A DNA stretch of 64,000 nucleotides from an uncultured Bacteroidota bacterium (GTDB lineage: Bacteria > Bacteroidota > Bacteroidia > AKYH767-A > 2013-40CM-41-45): NCBI GenBank assembly GCA_963775555.1, contig CAVZJJ010000003.1:116813-180812 (forward strand), in the 5' to 3' direction. Positions 29,957-38,476 of this stretch are shown here, piece after piece; position 1 is the stretch's first letter; the number at the start of each line of letters is the position of its first letter. Made by a program: the position numbers and the translations under genes. The notes beneath the pieces were generated by a model that was not told the origin of the DNA, ran no database searches, and was given only the letters and a program-made list of their open reading frames with translations.

Positions 29957-31458
29957 TATTCAAAAAATGAGTTGTCAAAAAGTTCGTTGTCTTCTTTTAA
30001 ATCTGTCGGTGGTGCGTCAATTTTTTCAGGCAATACTTTTACTGGCTTCCAAGTTTTTTCTTCAAGTTTTGGAGAAAGCGTTAATGATGTGTGTGGACTT
30101 ATTTTCAAATAAGGATATTCAACAGTAAATAAATTCACATGAGAAAAGTAATAACCAAAGAATCTGAAATAATTGAAAACAGCATTGTTGTTTTCTAATC
30201 TCTTCAGTCCTGACAAGTAAGCAGATTCAAATCTGCTTGTGTGATAACCTCCAGGATTTGTAAAACTCCAAGTTGGATTCAAAACCAAAAACCATTCATC
30301 AGAAATATTTAAGAAAGAACTCTTGAACGCAAGATGTCGGAAGCAAATAATGTGTCCTTCTTTTTTATTGTGCATTTCAAAAATCACGGACTTTGTTGAT
30401 TCATTTTTGCCTTTCCATCTTACTTGTTTCTGGTTAGGTACTTTTCGATTGGCGGCAAAACGGAAAATTTTACTCTTACCATACCATTCAATTTCTTTTA
30501 TTATACAAAACTCTGTAAGTGTGTTACGAAGCAAATGTTTGAAAACAATTTTGCTGGCTTCGCTTCCTTCGTAAAACTCTTTGCAATCAATAGGCGTGAT
30601 TGTTCCCTTATCTACAATTTTTCTGAACGGTTCTTTTTCGTCATACAGGTTTTTGAAAGTGTAAAGACAATTTTCATGTAGCAGCCAATCAAATGCTTTA
30701 CTCTCATGCTTTCTTAACGCTCTCTTTACATACTTTGCCTCTCTCATTGTCTTTATTGGCTTCTTGTTGATTGTAAATAAGTAGTCATTCAATTCAGCCA
30801 ATATTTTTTCTCTATCAATATCCAATTCTGCTTTGTAGAATTTTTCAGGGAAACTAATCGGTAAAAGGTTGGGAGAAATGTCTTCGGGTTTGTTATCCAA
30901 ATAACCGCCAACATATTCCTTTTTCCGCAATTCAATTTGAACATCAGAAAATTCTTGCTGATATATTTTTGCAAGTGTTTGAAGTTTAGGTGTTGAACTT
31001 ATGTCTTGGATCTTTTGAAGCAGAATCTCTCTATCAATTACATGGTCTTTGGTGTTGAAAGTAAAACCATCAGGAATAAGTTTTGCCAATTTACTGTCTT
31101 TGTATTTTTCTTTCTTTTCCGTTAGGATGTAGAAATAAATAACATCAAAATACTTATGTAGTTCGTGGCCGAAAAACTTCCCAAGCGTAGTTTCAATTTT
31201 AGAATAGTCGCTTGTTGCTGTGATTTGAAAAGCAACTCTGCTTTTAAAGTCAGCTAAGTCAATTGCAGGAAAATTTTTCTTCTGTGTTGAATTTAAGTTT
31301 TCAAGATTCAAGCCGAAGGTTTCATTCAAAACAGGAATGAGAAAACTTTCAGCATGTATGTTGATGTCGTATTTGTTTGCTGCATTAAAGCCCTCCACTT
31401 CCAAGACAAACCTTGCAGCATAAGTGTTGATTTTATTTATAAACTCTATCCGATTCAT
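29956..31458 (-). CDS. pAgo partner protein: N-terminal SMEK/PD-(D/E)XK-like domain fused to a presumed APAZ region
   Basis: 500 aa, immediately upstream of and translationally coupled to the short pAgo. Res 30-90 (DINIHAESFL...FPAIDLAD...RVAFQITATSD..KIETTL) match my recollection of the SMEK-domain pattern and resemble a restriction-endonuclease-like core. No TIR (DVFISH-type) or SIR2 (GAG.S..GIP) motif is present. The APAZ assignment rests on size and context, not on a recognised motif. Confidence 0.55.
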   Translation of the reverse strand: MNRIEFINKINTYAARFVLEVEGFNAANKYDINIHAESFLIPVLNETFGLNLENLNSTQKKNFPAIDLADFKSRVAFQITATSDYSKIETTLGKFFGHELHKYFDVIYFYILTEKKEKYKDSKLAKLIPDGFTFNTKDHVIDREILLQKIQDISSTPKLQTLAKIYQQEFSDVQIELRKKEYVGGYLDNKPEDISPNLLPISFPEKFYKAELDIDREKILAELNDYLFTINKKPIKTMREAKYVKRALRKHESKAFDWLLHENCLYTFKNLYDEKEPFRKIVDKGTITPIDCKEFYEGSEASKIVFKHLLRNTLTEFCIIKEIEWYGKSKIFRFAANRKVPNQKQVRWKGKNESTKSVIFEMHNKKEGHIICFRHLAFKSSFLNISDEWFLVLNPTWSFTNPGGYHTSRFESAYLSGLKRLENNNAVFNYFRFFGYYFSHVNLFTVEYPYLKISPHTSLTLSPKLEEKTWKPVKVLPEKIDAPPTDLKEDNELFDNSFFE

Positions 31459-31707
31459 TTAGCTTCAAAAATAGATTACCAATGTAGGAATTTTAATAAA
31501 GTGGTGAAGAAAAAACTCTTTCATTTTTTTTCGTGTTGGGTTGTGCGGTTGCAAAATAAATAACTTATTCACCGTATCACTTGTCAATTTGAATTTCAGG
31601 TTGCCTGGCTGTTGGGGTAAATGTCGGTTAGTTGAATCCTGCTATTCATTTCTTCTTCGTTTGTCATCCGACCTTTCAGCTACTGAAACACCACCTTTAG
31701 CAGGGCA

Positions 31708-31738
31708 CAAAAAAATAAAGCCGTCTAAAAGACGGCTT
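31708..31738 (-). terminator. Rho-independent-type terminator between the small peptide ORF and the pAgo operon
   Basis: 8-bp stem AAGCCGTC/GACGGCTT (31718-31725 / 31731-31738) with a 5-nt loop. On the minus strand it is followed by TTATTTTTTTGT. Confidence 0.6.
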
Positions 31739-31770
31739 CGTTGTTCTTTTCGCTGAATTTCACCAGATCA

Positions 31771-31857
31771 TCAGTAGCTAATGCTAGAAGGTGTACAGCC
31801 TCCAACCTTATCAACGACAGGAGTAGAATCAATATGAATCAAATTTGTTGTTTTCAT
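31771..31857 (-). CDS. 28-aa peptide ORF (MKTTNLIHIDSTPVVDKVGGCTPSSISY) with strong Shine-Dalgarno and downstream terminator
   Basis: ATG at 31857-31855 is preceded by AAGGAGGTG (31861-31869). The stop is TGA at 31773-31771, and the terminator hairpin lies ~30 nt downstream. There is a Gly-Gly motif before an 8-residue Cys-containing tail. Coding status is unproven. Confidence 0.35.
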   Translation of the reverse strand: MKTTNLIHIDSTPVVDKVGGCTPSSISY

Positions 31858-32144
31858 AAGCACCTCCTTTTTTAATTTAGTAAATAAGCATCTCAAACTT
31901 TCCAGTACAATAACATGTAAAATAAATCCAGGTAATAAATGATTAATTAGGATTATTAAGCCTGTCATCGTCAGCGCTGCAAAGCTATACACAACGGACG
32001 CATTAAATCGCGTTTCGACATAGCAAAAGTAAGAATTTTTTTTAACAAAAGATAATTAATAAGCCTAAATTTGTCAACCTTTTCAATTTGATTTGCTTTA
32101 ATTAAGTTTTGAATGATTTAGTTTACAAAAAGTAAAAGTTAGTT

Positions 32145-33083
32145 ATGAATATTAAAACAATAAGTGATTCTACTCGACTTTCCATATATGACAATCTTCA
32201 GTTGATTATCGAAAATAGATTTGAAAGAAGAGATATTAAGGAATTGATATTCTCGTTTAGATCACTGTTGACGGATGAATTAAATCTTCGCGAAGTCGCA
32301 GATATAATTGCTCACCCTGACGAAAAAAGTAAAGGACCTACTCATATTCATGTAAATTATGTATATGCTGTACATGAACAAATAACACAAAGCGCATTAC
32401 AAAAAACACCTATCGATTTTAAAGTATTTCAACAAGAATCATTTCAAGCGATTCTTCATGGGATAAAACTATACGCCGATACAGAAATTTTGTCTAAGAC
32501 TGATTTTACTGTGAACTCAGCTACCGAGTTTCTTAAAAGGGAATACAGAAAAAACACAGACGAAAACTCATATAGACTAAAGGACCTCACAAAATTTGGA
32601 AAAGCCGCTAAACTTCTCAAATTTTTATTGAACACAGAATTCCCTTATCGGTTACCAATAACTGATCAAATTATATTTGATGATTTAATAATGTGTATAC
32701 GTCAATTTATCCTGCATTTCGATTTAGGAAATAAATTTAGAATCTCAGATATAATCGACAAAAAAGAAGATATACTACTTTGCATTTTAACAATGTTTCA
32801 TGACATAAAGTATAAATTATATGACAATAAAATTGGGTCAACATTTATTTCTTCAAACGATTTTCAGAGGTTTAAAGAAGGACTACCAGGCAGTATGTAT
32901 CGATTAAGTATTTATGCTTGCATCCCAAATGATTCATTTGAAAAAGGGATAATCTTTCCACTTTTTCGAACTAATTTAATCGCCTCCAAATATATTTGCG
33001 TCCCTAATTTAATAGGGGCACACTTAAATTTTATTCCCTTTGATGCAAGACGAAATTCCTCCGGGAATCTTATGTTGGAATAA
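32145..33083 (+). CDS. Hypothetical protein (312 aa)
   Basis: Clean ATG-initiated ORF, divergent from the pAgo cluster. No motif recognised. Confidence 0.45.
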   Translation: MNIKTISDSTRLSIYDNLQLIIENRFERRDIKELIFSFRSLLTDELNLREVADIIAHPDEKSKGPTHIHVNYVYAVHEQITQSALQKTPIDFKVFQQESFQAILHGIKLYADTEILSKTDFTVNSATEFLKREYRKNTDENSYRLKDLTKFGKAAKLLKFLLNTEFPYRLPITDQIIFDDLIMCIRQFILHFDLGNKFRISDIIDKKEDILLCILTMFHDIKYKLYDNKIGSTFISSNDFQRFKEGLPGSMYRLSIYACIPNDSFEKGIIFPLFRTNLIASKYICVPNLIGAHLNFIPFDARRNSSGNLMLE

Positions 33084-33373
33084 ATCAAAGTGTGAAATTG
33101 CAATTAATTCCTCTCGTTTTTTAACTCTTTATAAACCTTAATTTCTAAATCTAATATGTAATTTATCAAGATAATCACAAAACCTATAACCGTTTAAAAA
33201 AGTCAACTTTCACAAAAATGTGCACGTGGAGGTTTCCATCGAATTTGTATTTTCGTTTATCTCTTCCACAATTTGTTTTCCACATTTGAAAAAATTCATG
33301 GGATTTAATTCTGTCTTGACCTGAAATAGCCTTACAAAAAAGTTTTTTCAGGAAAAGGCACAGTTTAGTGGCA

Positions 33374-33625
33374 TTATCCACCTGATCTATTGTACTTATC
33401 CAAATACTCCTTAACAGAAATACCTTTCTGTTTCGGCCGCACTTCTTCAGTTCTCACCTCTCTCCTCCTATTTACTTGCCATATCACTATTGTCACAATC
33501 ACAAGAGCTCCTACTAGATACAATGATTTCTTCGACATAAATGCAGAAGAAGATGTGATCTCAATTGGCTTCATAAGAGGGGAATCCATTTTCATCAATT
33601 CCGGAATTTCTATTATCCTAACCAT
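33374..33625 (-). CDS. Small single-pass membrane protein
   Basis: 83-aa ORF with one hydrophobic helix (LYLVGALVIVTIVIWQV). Overlaps the upstream ORF end by 8 nt, consistent with an operon. Confidence 0.4.
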   Translation of the reverse strand: MVRIIEIPELMKMDSPLMKPIEITSSSAFMSKKSLYLVGALVIVTIVIWQVNRRREVRTEEVRPKQKGISVKEYLDKYNRSGG

Positions 33626-33980
33626 TCTGAGTAATTTTAAAACTATTGTTTTCTAATGGTATGAGATAGTAATTGAAAATTTTAAATGCTGGAGTCGTCT
33701 TATCTATCAAAACATAATTAGAATAACATCCAAAATCAAAATCCGCTCCTCTTAAAAATTCCTCCGTTACAATAACATCTTTCTTATCACCCAATTTCTG
33801 ACTCAGCACCTTGCGGTTTTTATTTAGAATGCGTTGTGTTGGCTCATTGGCCATTCTGATCGAATAGGCCTTCTCATTATTGTAAGCAATCTGATTCTTG
33901 CGGCTGGCGAATTTCTGATTGCGCCGCTTGGGAATAAATTCTTCCCCGGTAAGAGGATCCTTTCTTATTGGTAATGTCAT
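33618..33980 (-). CDS. Hypothetical protein (120 aa from internal Met)
   Basis: Start moved to M42 (MTLPIRKDPLTGEEFIPKRRNQKFASRKNQ...) so the CDS no longer overlaps the upstream HTH gene. Basic N-terminal region. No family recognised. Confidence 0.4.
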   Translation of the reverse strand: MTLPIRKDPLTGEEFIPKRRNQKFASRKNQIAYNNEKAYSIRMANEPTQRILNKNRKVLSQKLGDKKDVIVTEEFLRGADFDFGCYSNYVLIDKTTPAFKIFNYYLIPLENNSFKITQNG

Positions 33981-34053
33981 GGTGTTATATTTATTATATG
34001 CTTCTTCACAAAACGGACGCAATGATAAACGGAGCGCTATTGAGATCTGGTTA

Positions 34054-34350
34054 TTACCAAACCTTATTTTTAATCTTGAGAGTTTTGGATTTGAACAAGG
34101 CATCTAACTCACTCCTCAAATAAAATACACGGGAAGCGATGTAGTGTCTTTTTAATTTTCCTGATCTGGACCATTCGTTCACGGTAGTCAATGTGACTTG
34201 AAACATGGCTGCCACGTCTGACCGGGTGAGGTATTCCTCCTTTGGCACACTCACTTCATTTTTCAACTCTTTCAATGCAATAGATACGGCCGCTTGTATA
34301 AGTGCCTGTAAATCCTCCCTCGAAAGTTGTAAAATCAAAATTTGCGACAC
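34054..34350 (-). CDS. HTH_17 / MerR-excisionase-type DNA-binding protein
   Basis: 98 aa. LTRSDVAAMFQVTLTTVNEWSRSGKLKRHYIASRVFYLRSEL fits the helix-turn-helix pattern of excisionase-family proteins seen on integrative elements. Confidence 0.6.
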   Translation of the reverse strand: MSQILILQLSREDLQALIQAAVSIALKELKNEVSVPKEEYLTRSDVAAMFQVTLTTVNEWSRSGKLKRHYIASRVFYLRSELDALFKSKTLKIKNKVW

Positions 34351-34412
34351 CGTTGTTTAATTCAAGTTACGATGTCCAATTTCCACAAAAGCACCAAAGC
34401 ATTTACCAACGA

Positions 34413-35342
34413 CTATAGAATAGTCGTTGGCGAATGCTTTATACGTTTTACAATAGCTTGTGCTTCATCAAATTTTAAAAGCTCATTCACTATTTTTCGT
34501 GTTATTTCGTACTTTTCACGATATCTCGTCTGTACATCATAATGCAGGTGTTTGAATGAGATTTTTTTTGTCTGCTTGTTGGAATAGTCGTTGAACTGTA
34601 CAGTGGCAATTTTTAAATAAGCTTTAGAACCGAGTACCTTCAATTTCTTCTGGGTGTACAATACATGCAATAAATAAGCTAAAAAGGCCGGATCTCTCAT
34701 CCAATGACAAGTTTCACCTGAAAAGACCTTCGTAAAACTCGTTCGTTCCGGTGTGTAGCCACCATCATAACAAAATTCAGAAATCTTATTTAGCTCAAAA
34801 GGTTTTCCCGTCCAACTCAACTTTTTATTAAGAAGGTCTTCTTCTTTTTCCTCCTTCTTCTCTCTTTCATGATTTACCCACTTCATTATTTTTTCTAAGC
34901 GTCTTGTTGTTTCGACTTTTGATAAACCTTCAACCTGTTGGTAAACTCTGTACTCTACCAATCCGACAAAATTTGATTTAACGGCGTAAAGGTTCCCCTT
35001 GAATTTCTTTTTTTGGTGACGAAGCAATGCAGGAATTTTATTCACGTCTATTAGTGATAATGCGAAAGCAAGGAAGGGCCCAAACGATGGGTGCGAAGAG
35101 TCTACAATGATTTGCGGTGAATATACGTCCTCCTCTTTGTCTAGGGAATATTCACTTGCCAGAAGTTGAAAAACTGCTCGATATTGTTCCGGGTTGACTT
35201 TCAAACCCTCGAACAATTCTATCTTCTTACAAACCTCTTCTACTTGCGCACTAAGGGTATAGATAGTAATGTCATTAACGTCGATGATAATAGCTCCCTC
35301 TTTCTCAATCTGAATAGGAGTTTCACGGATATCTGAAGTCAT
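34413..35342 (-). CDS. Hypothetical protein (309 aa), last gene before tRNA-Gln
   Basis: Clean ORF with no recombinase motifs (no R...HxxR...Y pattern). Function unknown. Confidence 0.45.
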   Translation of the reverse strand: MTSDIRETPIQIEKEGAIIIDVNDITIYTLSAQVEEVCKKIELFEGLKVNPEQYRAVFQLLASEYSLDKEEDVYSPQIIVDSSHPSFGPFLAFALSLIDVNKIPALLRHQKKKFKGNLYAVKSNFVGLVEYRVYQQVEGLSKVETTRRLEKIMKWVNHEREKKEEKEEDLLNKKLSWTGKPFELNKISEFCYDGGYTPERTSFTKVFSGETCHWMRDPAFLAYLLHVLYTQKKLKVLGSKAYLKIATVQFNDYSNKQTKKISFKHLHYDVQTRYREKYEITRKIVNELLKFDEAQAIVKRIKHSPTTIL

Positions 35343-35489
35343 AATCGTAGTTTAAGTGAATGGAAATTAAAGATACTCTTGACTGAGAAAACAAGTGTAT
35401 ATTGTTGATTAATAAAGCAGGAAATAGAAATTAAGGAAAGTCAGTATAAAATCAGAAAAATGGCATCTACCTTCCCCTATACCTTCCCC

Positions 35490-35529
35490 TAAAAAAAAAT
35501 CTCCCTGTAAGTGCTTGATCTACAGGGAG
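35490..35529 (-). terminator. Rho-independent-type terminator downstream of tRNA-Gln
   Basis: 9-bp stem CTCCCTGTA/TACAGGGAG (35501-35509 / 35521-35529) with an 11-nt loop, followed on the minus strand by a T9 run (35491-35499). Confidence 0.6.
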
Positions 35530-35545
35530 ATAAATGTTAAAAAAG

Positions 35546-35618
35546 TTGACCTACTAGGGCTCGAACCTAGACTCTTCTGAACCAAAATCAGACGTGTTGC
35601 CAGTTACACCATAGGTCA
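35546..35618 (-). tRNA. tRNA-Gln (anticodon UUG)
   Basis: Hand-folded 73-nt cloverleaf. Acceptor TGACCTA/TAGGTCA, D arm GTGT-AACTGGCA-ACAC, anticodon arm TCTGA-TTTTGGT-TCAGA (anticodon TTG), variable AGAGT, T arm CTAGG-TTCGAGC-CCTAG, discriminator A. CCA is not encoded. Confidence 0.9.
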
Positions 35619-35769
35619 ATTTTGGGACGGCAAAGGTAAATAAATGAATCTGGTTTACAATAGTAAGACCCTATATTCTAACAGAAATTGCGTTTTTATT
35701 GAAACGGAACTTCTGAAGTATCAGGAGGATTCTTCGCCTTCTATGATAAATATCTCATTTTAAGCTCCT

Positions 35770-36543
35770 TCACTTCCTGGCAATGAGATAGATATCCCAG
35801 CAGGAATCCAGTGCATTGGTTTGAAGAAAAAAGTCCTTAGTAGTAATGCCTGATGTCTGACTTACATTCTCCTTCAACTGCCTGCGCATTAGATTGGTGA
35901 TCCAATTGTAGGGCTTGGTCAGCAAACCTGCAGGCAAACGTTGGTGCAGTTTTAAAACGTCCCATTTCAGAATCATTCGTACAAACTTTCCATTCTCCGC
36001 ATAATACTGGTTGACTGAAGCATTGCCGTTGAGCCCCTGCAATTCAAAGGAAGCGCCTAGTGATTTCAACTCCTGCTCCATCTCTGCAAAAGTGTATTCA
36101 TGTACGTGAAAAGGATTACGCGCCAGTGATTTTTTAACATTAGGAGTAGTAACCAACAATGTTCCACCGGGAATCAAAACACGTAAACATTCCTTTATAA
36201 ACTCTCTCCTCTCTGCAATGTGTTCTATGAATTGGAACGCGGTGATCACCTCAAAGGCCCCGGCATCAAAAGGAATGGGAGGTATTGTAGCGCGTTTGAA
36301 AGATATATTGGAGATGGAATTATAGACCTTGTTGTTGTTTGCCACTGTTTGCTCATCATAATCCAGACCCACAATTTCTTTGGCAGATTCAGCCATTAAA
36401 GCGGTACCATAACCATTGCCGCAACCAATGTCAAGAACCTTCTTTCCCTGAATATAGGTTCTGGCAAATTCGTAAGCATATTGGCAGCGTTGGTATGTTA
36501 CATTGTTGGCATCATCGTGCTGAGCACGTTCGTGAGAACTCAT
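35770..36543 (-). CDS. Class I SAM-dependent methyltransferase
   Basis: 257 aa. Motif I VLDIGCGNGYG and post-I LDYD. Methyltransf_11/25-like spacing. Confidence 0.75.
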   Translation of the reverse strand: MSSHERAQHDDANNVTYQRCQYAYEFARTYIQGKKVLDIGCGNGYGTALMAESAKEIVGLDYDEQTVANNNKVYNSISNISFKRATIPPIPFDAGAFEVITAFQFIEHIAERREFIKECLRVLIPGGTLLVTTPNVKKSLARNPFHVHEYTFAEMEQELKSLGASFELQGLNGNASVNQYYAENGKFVRMILKWDVLKLHQRLPAGLLTKPYNWITNLMRRQLKENVSQTSGITTKDFFLQTNALDSCWDIYLIARK

Positions 36544-36687
36544 AAATTATTTGTTGCAGGTTATATAGAGGCCCAAAGGTACAGGAAAATGATTAATCGC
36601 TTGGGAATGGAACGGCTATAAATGAAAATTTCGCTGCCCCTGCATGAGAGGAACAGCGAAATTCAATAATCTTCATTACTGATTCTT

Positions 36688-37839
36688 TCAGTGAGAAATT
36701 ACAAGCCGGGCAGTCTTTATTTCACGATTATCAGTAAATAATTTATAGAAATAAACTCCGGAAGGTAAAGTGGCAGTCTCCATACGTAGCATTGATATTC
36801 CTGCATTTCCTGACACCTGACGAACAACTTGTCCTGTCATATCGAACAATTGCAATTCGCTATGTGAAATTCCGCTGCTTGTAATCTGTGCTGCGAAAAA
36901 TGAGTTGGCAGGATTCGGAAAGACTTTGTAATCCTCCGAAGCAATGTCCCCTGAAATACCTGTTGTAGTATTCGGAATCCAGGGACTTAAATCGATATAA
37001 TATAGTTTTGCCCCAACGCCATTATCTTCATCACTCATATAAATTTCGTTGTTGCTTGAAAATGACACTGCCTCTTTCTGTGTCCAGGCCCCACTGATGC
37101 TGATTAAGGTAGATTGACCACCGAAAAAATTATCCCCGGTGAAATTTCTGAAGAGATGAATGCGGGAATTGGCAATGAGAATCATGCTTTTCCCATCAGG
37201 ACTAATATCAGCAGATGTAGTTCGGTCATTGGTATAAAAACTGTCCACCAGAGTAGCAACGTAAGTTCCGGGCTGGTCAGGCAGAGTGTACATTTTGGTA
37301 TAACCGACAGCAGAACCGACTGATTTACTGAATAAATACAGCTTGCCCTGGAAATGAAAGAAGGCCTCCATATCGAAATTCATCCAGGAGGCCGGAAAGG
37401 CATGCTGATCGGGATAAGTGAAATTGATGACACTTGCTGTGACAGTAGTGCCGGAAACGCTTGAAGGATGCTGAATCTTAAATATTTTGAGGTCTGTACG
37501 GTCATTCAGGTTATTTCCAAAATCCCCTATGAACATATAATTGCGGTTTCGATCCTGCGTAATATCTTCCCAATCATGATTAATGACCCCTTGGACTTCA
37601 ACTGTCCGTAATAGTCCTCCGTTATTCCCAATCAGGTAAAGATTTTCATCTCCATAACCATCGTTGTGAGTCCAAAAATCAGAACTGCCTGTATAAGCTA
37701 GGCCAGAACTTTCAATTAGTTGAGCAGGCAAGGTTCCTTTTACAGATGGCGTAACCGCTAAAGAATTGATTGCCACTACGCTGAAAATAAAAAGAATCGA
37801 AACGGCTTTAGGGAAGCCGATGCGTAAAGTGTTTCCCAT
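36688..37839 (-). CDS. Secreted beta-propeller-like protein with T9SS C-terminal sorting domain
   Basis: N-terminal signal or anchor segment. C-terminal ~80 aa (YKVFPNPANSFFAAQI...GVYFYKLFTDNREIKTARLVISH) matches the T9SS CTD pattern. Confidence 0.55.
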   Translation of the reverse strand: MGNTLRIGFPKAVSILFIFSVVAINSLAVTPSVKGTLPAQLIESSGLAYTGSSDFWTHNDGYGDENLYLIGNNGGLLRTVEVQGVINHDWEDITQDRNRNYMFIGDFGNNLNDRTDLKIFKIQHPSSVSGTTVTASVINFTYPDQHAFPASWMNFDMEAFFHFQGKLYLFSKSVGSAVGYTKMYTLPDQPGTYVATLVDSFYTNDRTTSADISPDGKSMILIANSRIHLFRNFTGDNFFGGQSTLISISGAWTQKEAVSFSSNNEIYMSDEDNGVGAKLYYIDLSPWIPNTTTGISGDIASEDYKVFPNPANSFFAAQITSSGISHSELQLFDMTGQVVRQVSGNAGISMLRMETATLPSGVYFYKLFTDNREIKTARLVISH

Positions 37840-38476
37840 GGTGTTAAATATTGTATAAGAATATTCCTCCCCTCGAAGGATTGTTTCCCTGCAAATTAAT
37901 GCCTGGCAAATATATATTTTTCCTAAATCCGTGATACTCTTACACTTGTCATGTTCACATTAACTTCAGATTCCAAATAATTGGTCATTTTTAAAAAATA
38001 AACAAACTTTTTTTGATAATTCATTAAAAACAGCTCCTGATTATAGCCATTATTCCAAATTTATTTATCAACAGGCACAAATAGAAATAAGCTTAAAAAC
38101 AGCCTTTTTGATCAAAATTGAAAAAAAGACCTAAAATGGGAGTATCAAACTAGTTGACAAAATCATTTACAACTCAACAAAACGATGGGTTCCCAGACTC
38201 AATCCACAGAGATATCCTTGTCTACTTGTCCCCTCGATGAAAGTCCTGAGTAATTCAGATATAATATTCTCGTTTTTAACAGATCATTCCGTGAGTTTTA
38301 TTCATAAGGGAGCCGCACCTTGCAAAAGAAACACTGTCTCCTTTCGTTATCAGAAAAATTCAGGTATAAATCTTCTTGCCTCGCTTGCTCTTTTTTACGA
38401 AAGGAAAAAACGTGTTTAGGGCGTCAATTTCAATTATTTTATACCTTCGCAGGCATTCAATTTTTTAGCACCCACT

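Noticed and set aside
31541-31756. 71-aa plus-strand ORF in the pAgo upstream region
   Set aside because: It spans the terminator hairpin, has no start context and has odd composition. The region is better explained as the promoter/leader of the pAgo operon plus the terminator of the peptide ORF. A TATTTTTG match to the Bacteroidota -7 consensus (TAnnTTTG) at 31466-31473 is noted, but it is too weak to call as a promoter.
33981-34103. N-terminal 41 codons of the 161-aa ORF
   Set aside because: They overlap the 3' end of the HTH gene by 50 nt, and the internal Met gives a non-overlapping, plausible start.
33374-35342. Search for a tyrosine or serine recombinase next to the tRNA-Gln 3' side
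   Set aside because: None of the four ORFs shows recombinase motifs (R...HxxR...Y or an N-terminal catalytic Ser with a resolvase fold). Only an HTH_17 excisionase-type protein is present.
37840-38476. 640-bp divergent intergenic region inspected for ncRNA, riboswitch or repeats
   Set aside because: No convincing conserved structure, repeat or promoter consensus could be identified by eye, and the 60-aa ORF at 38237-38419 has no support.
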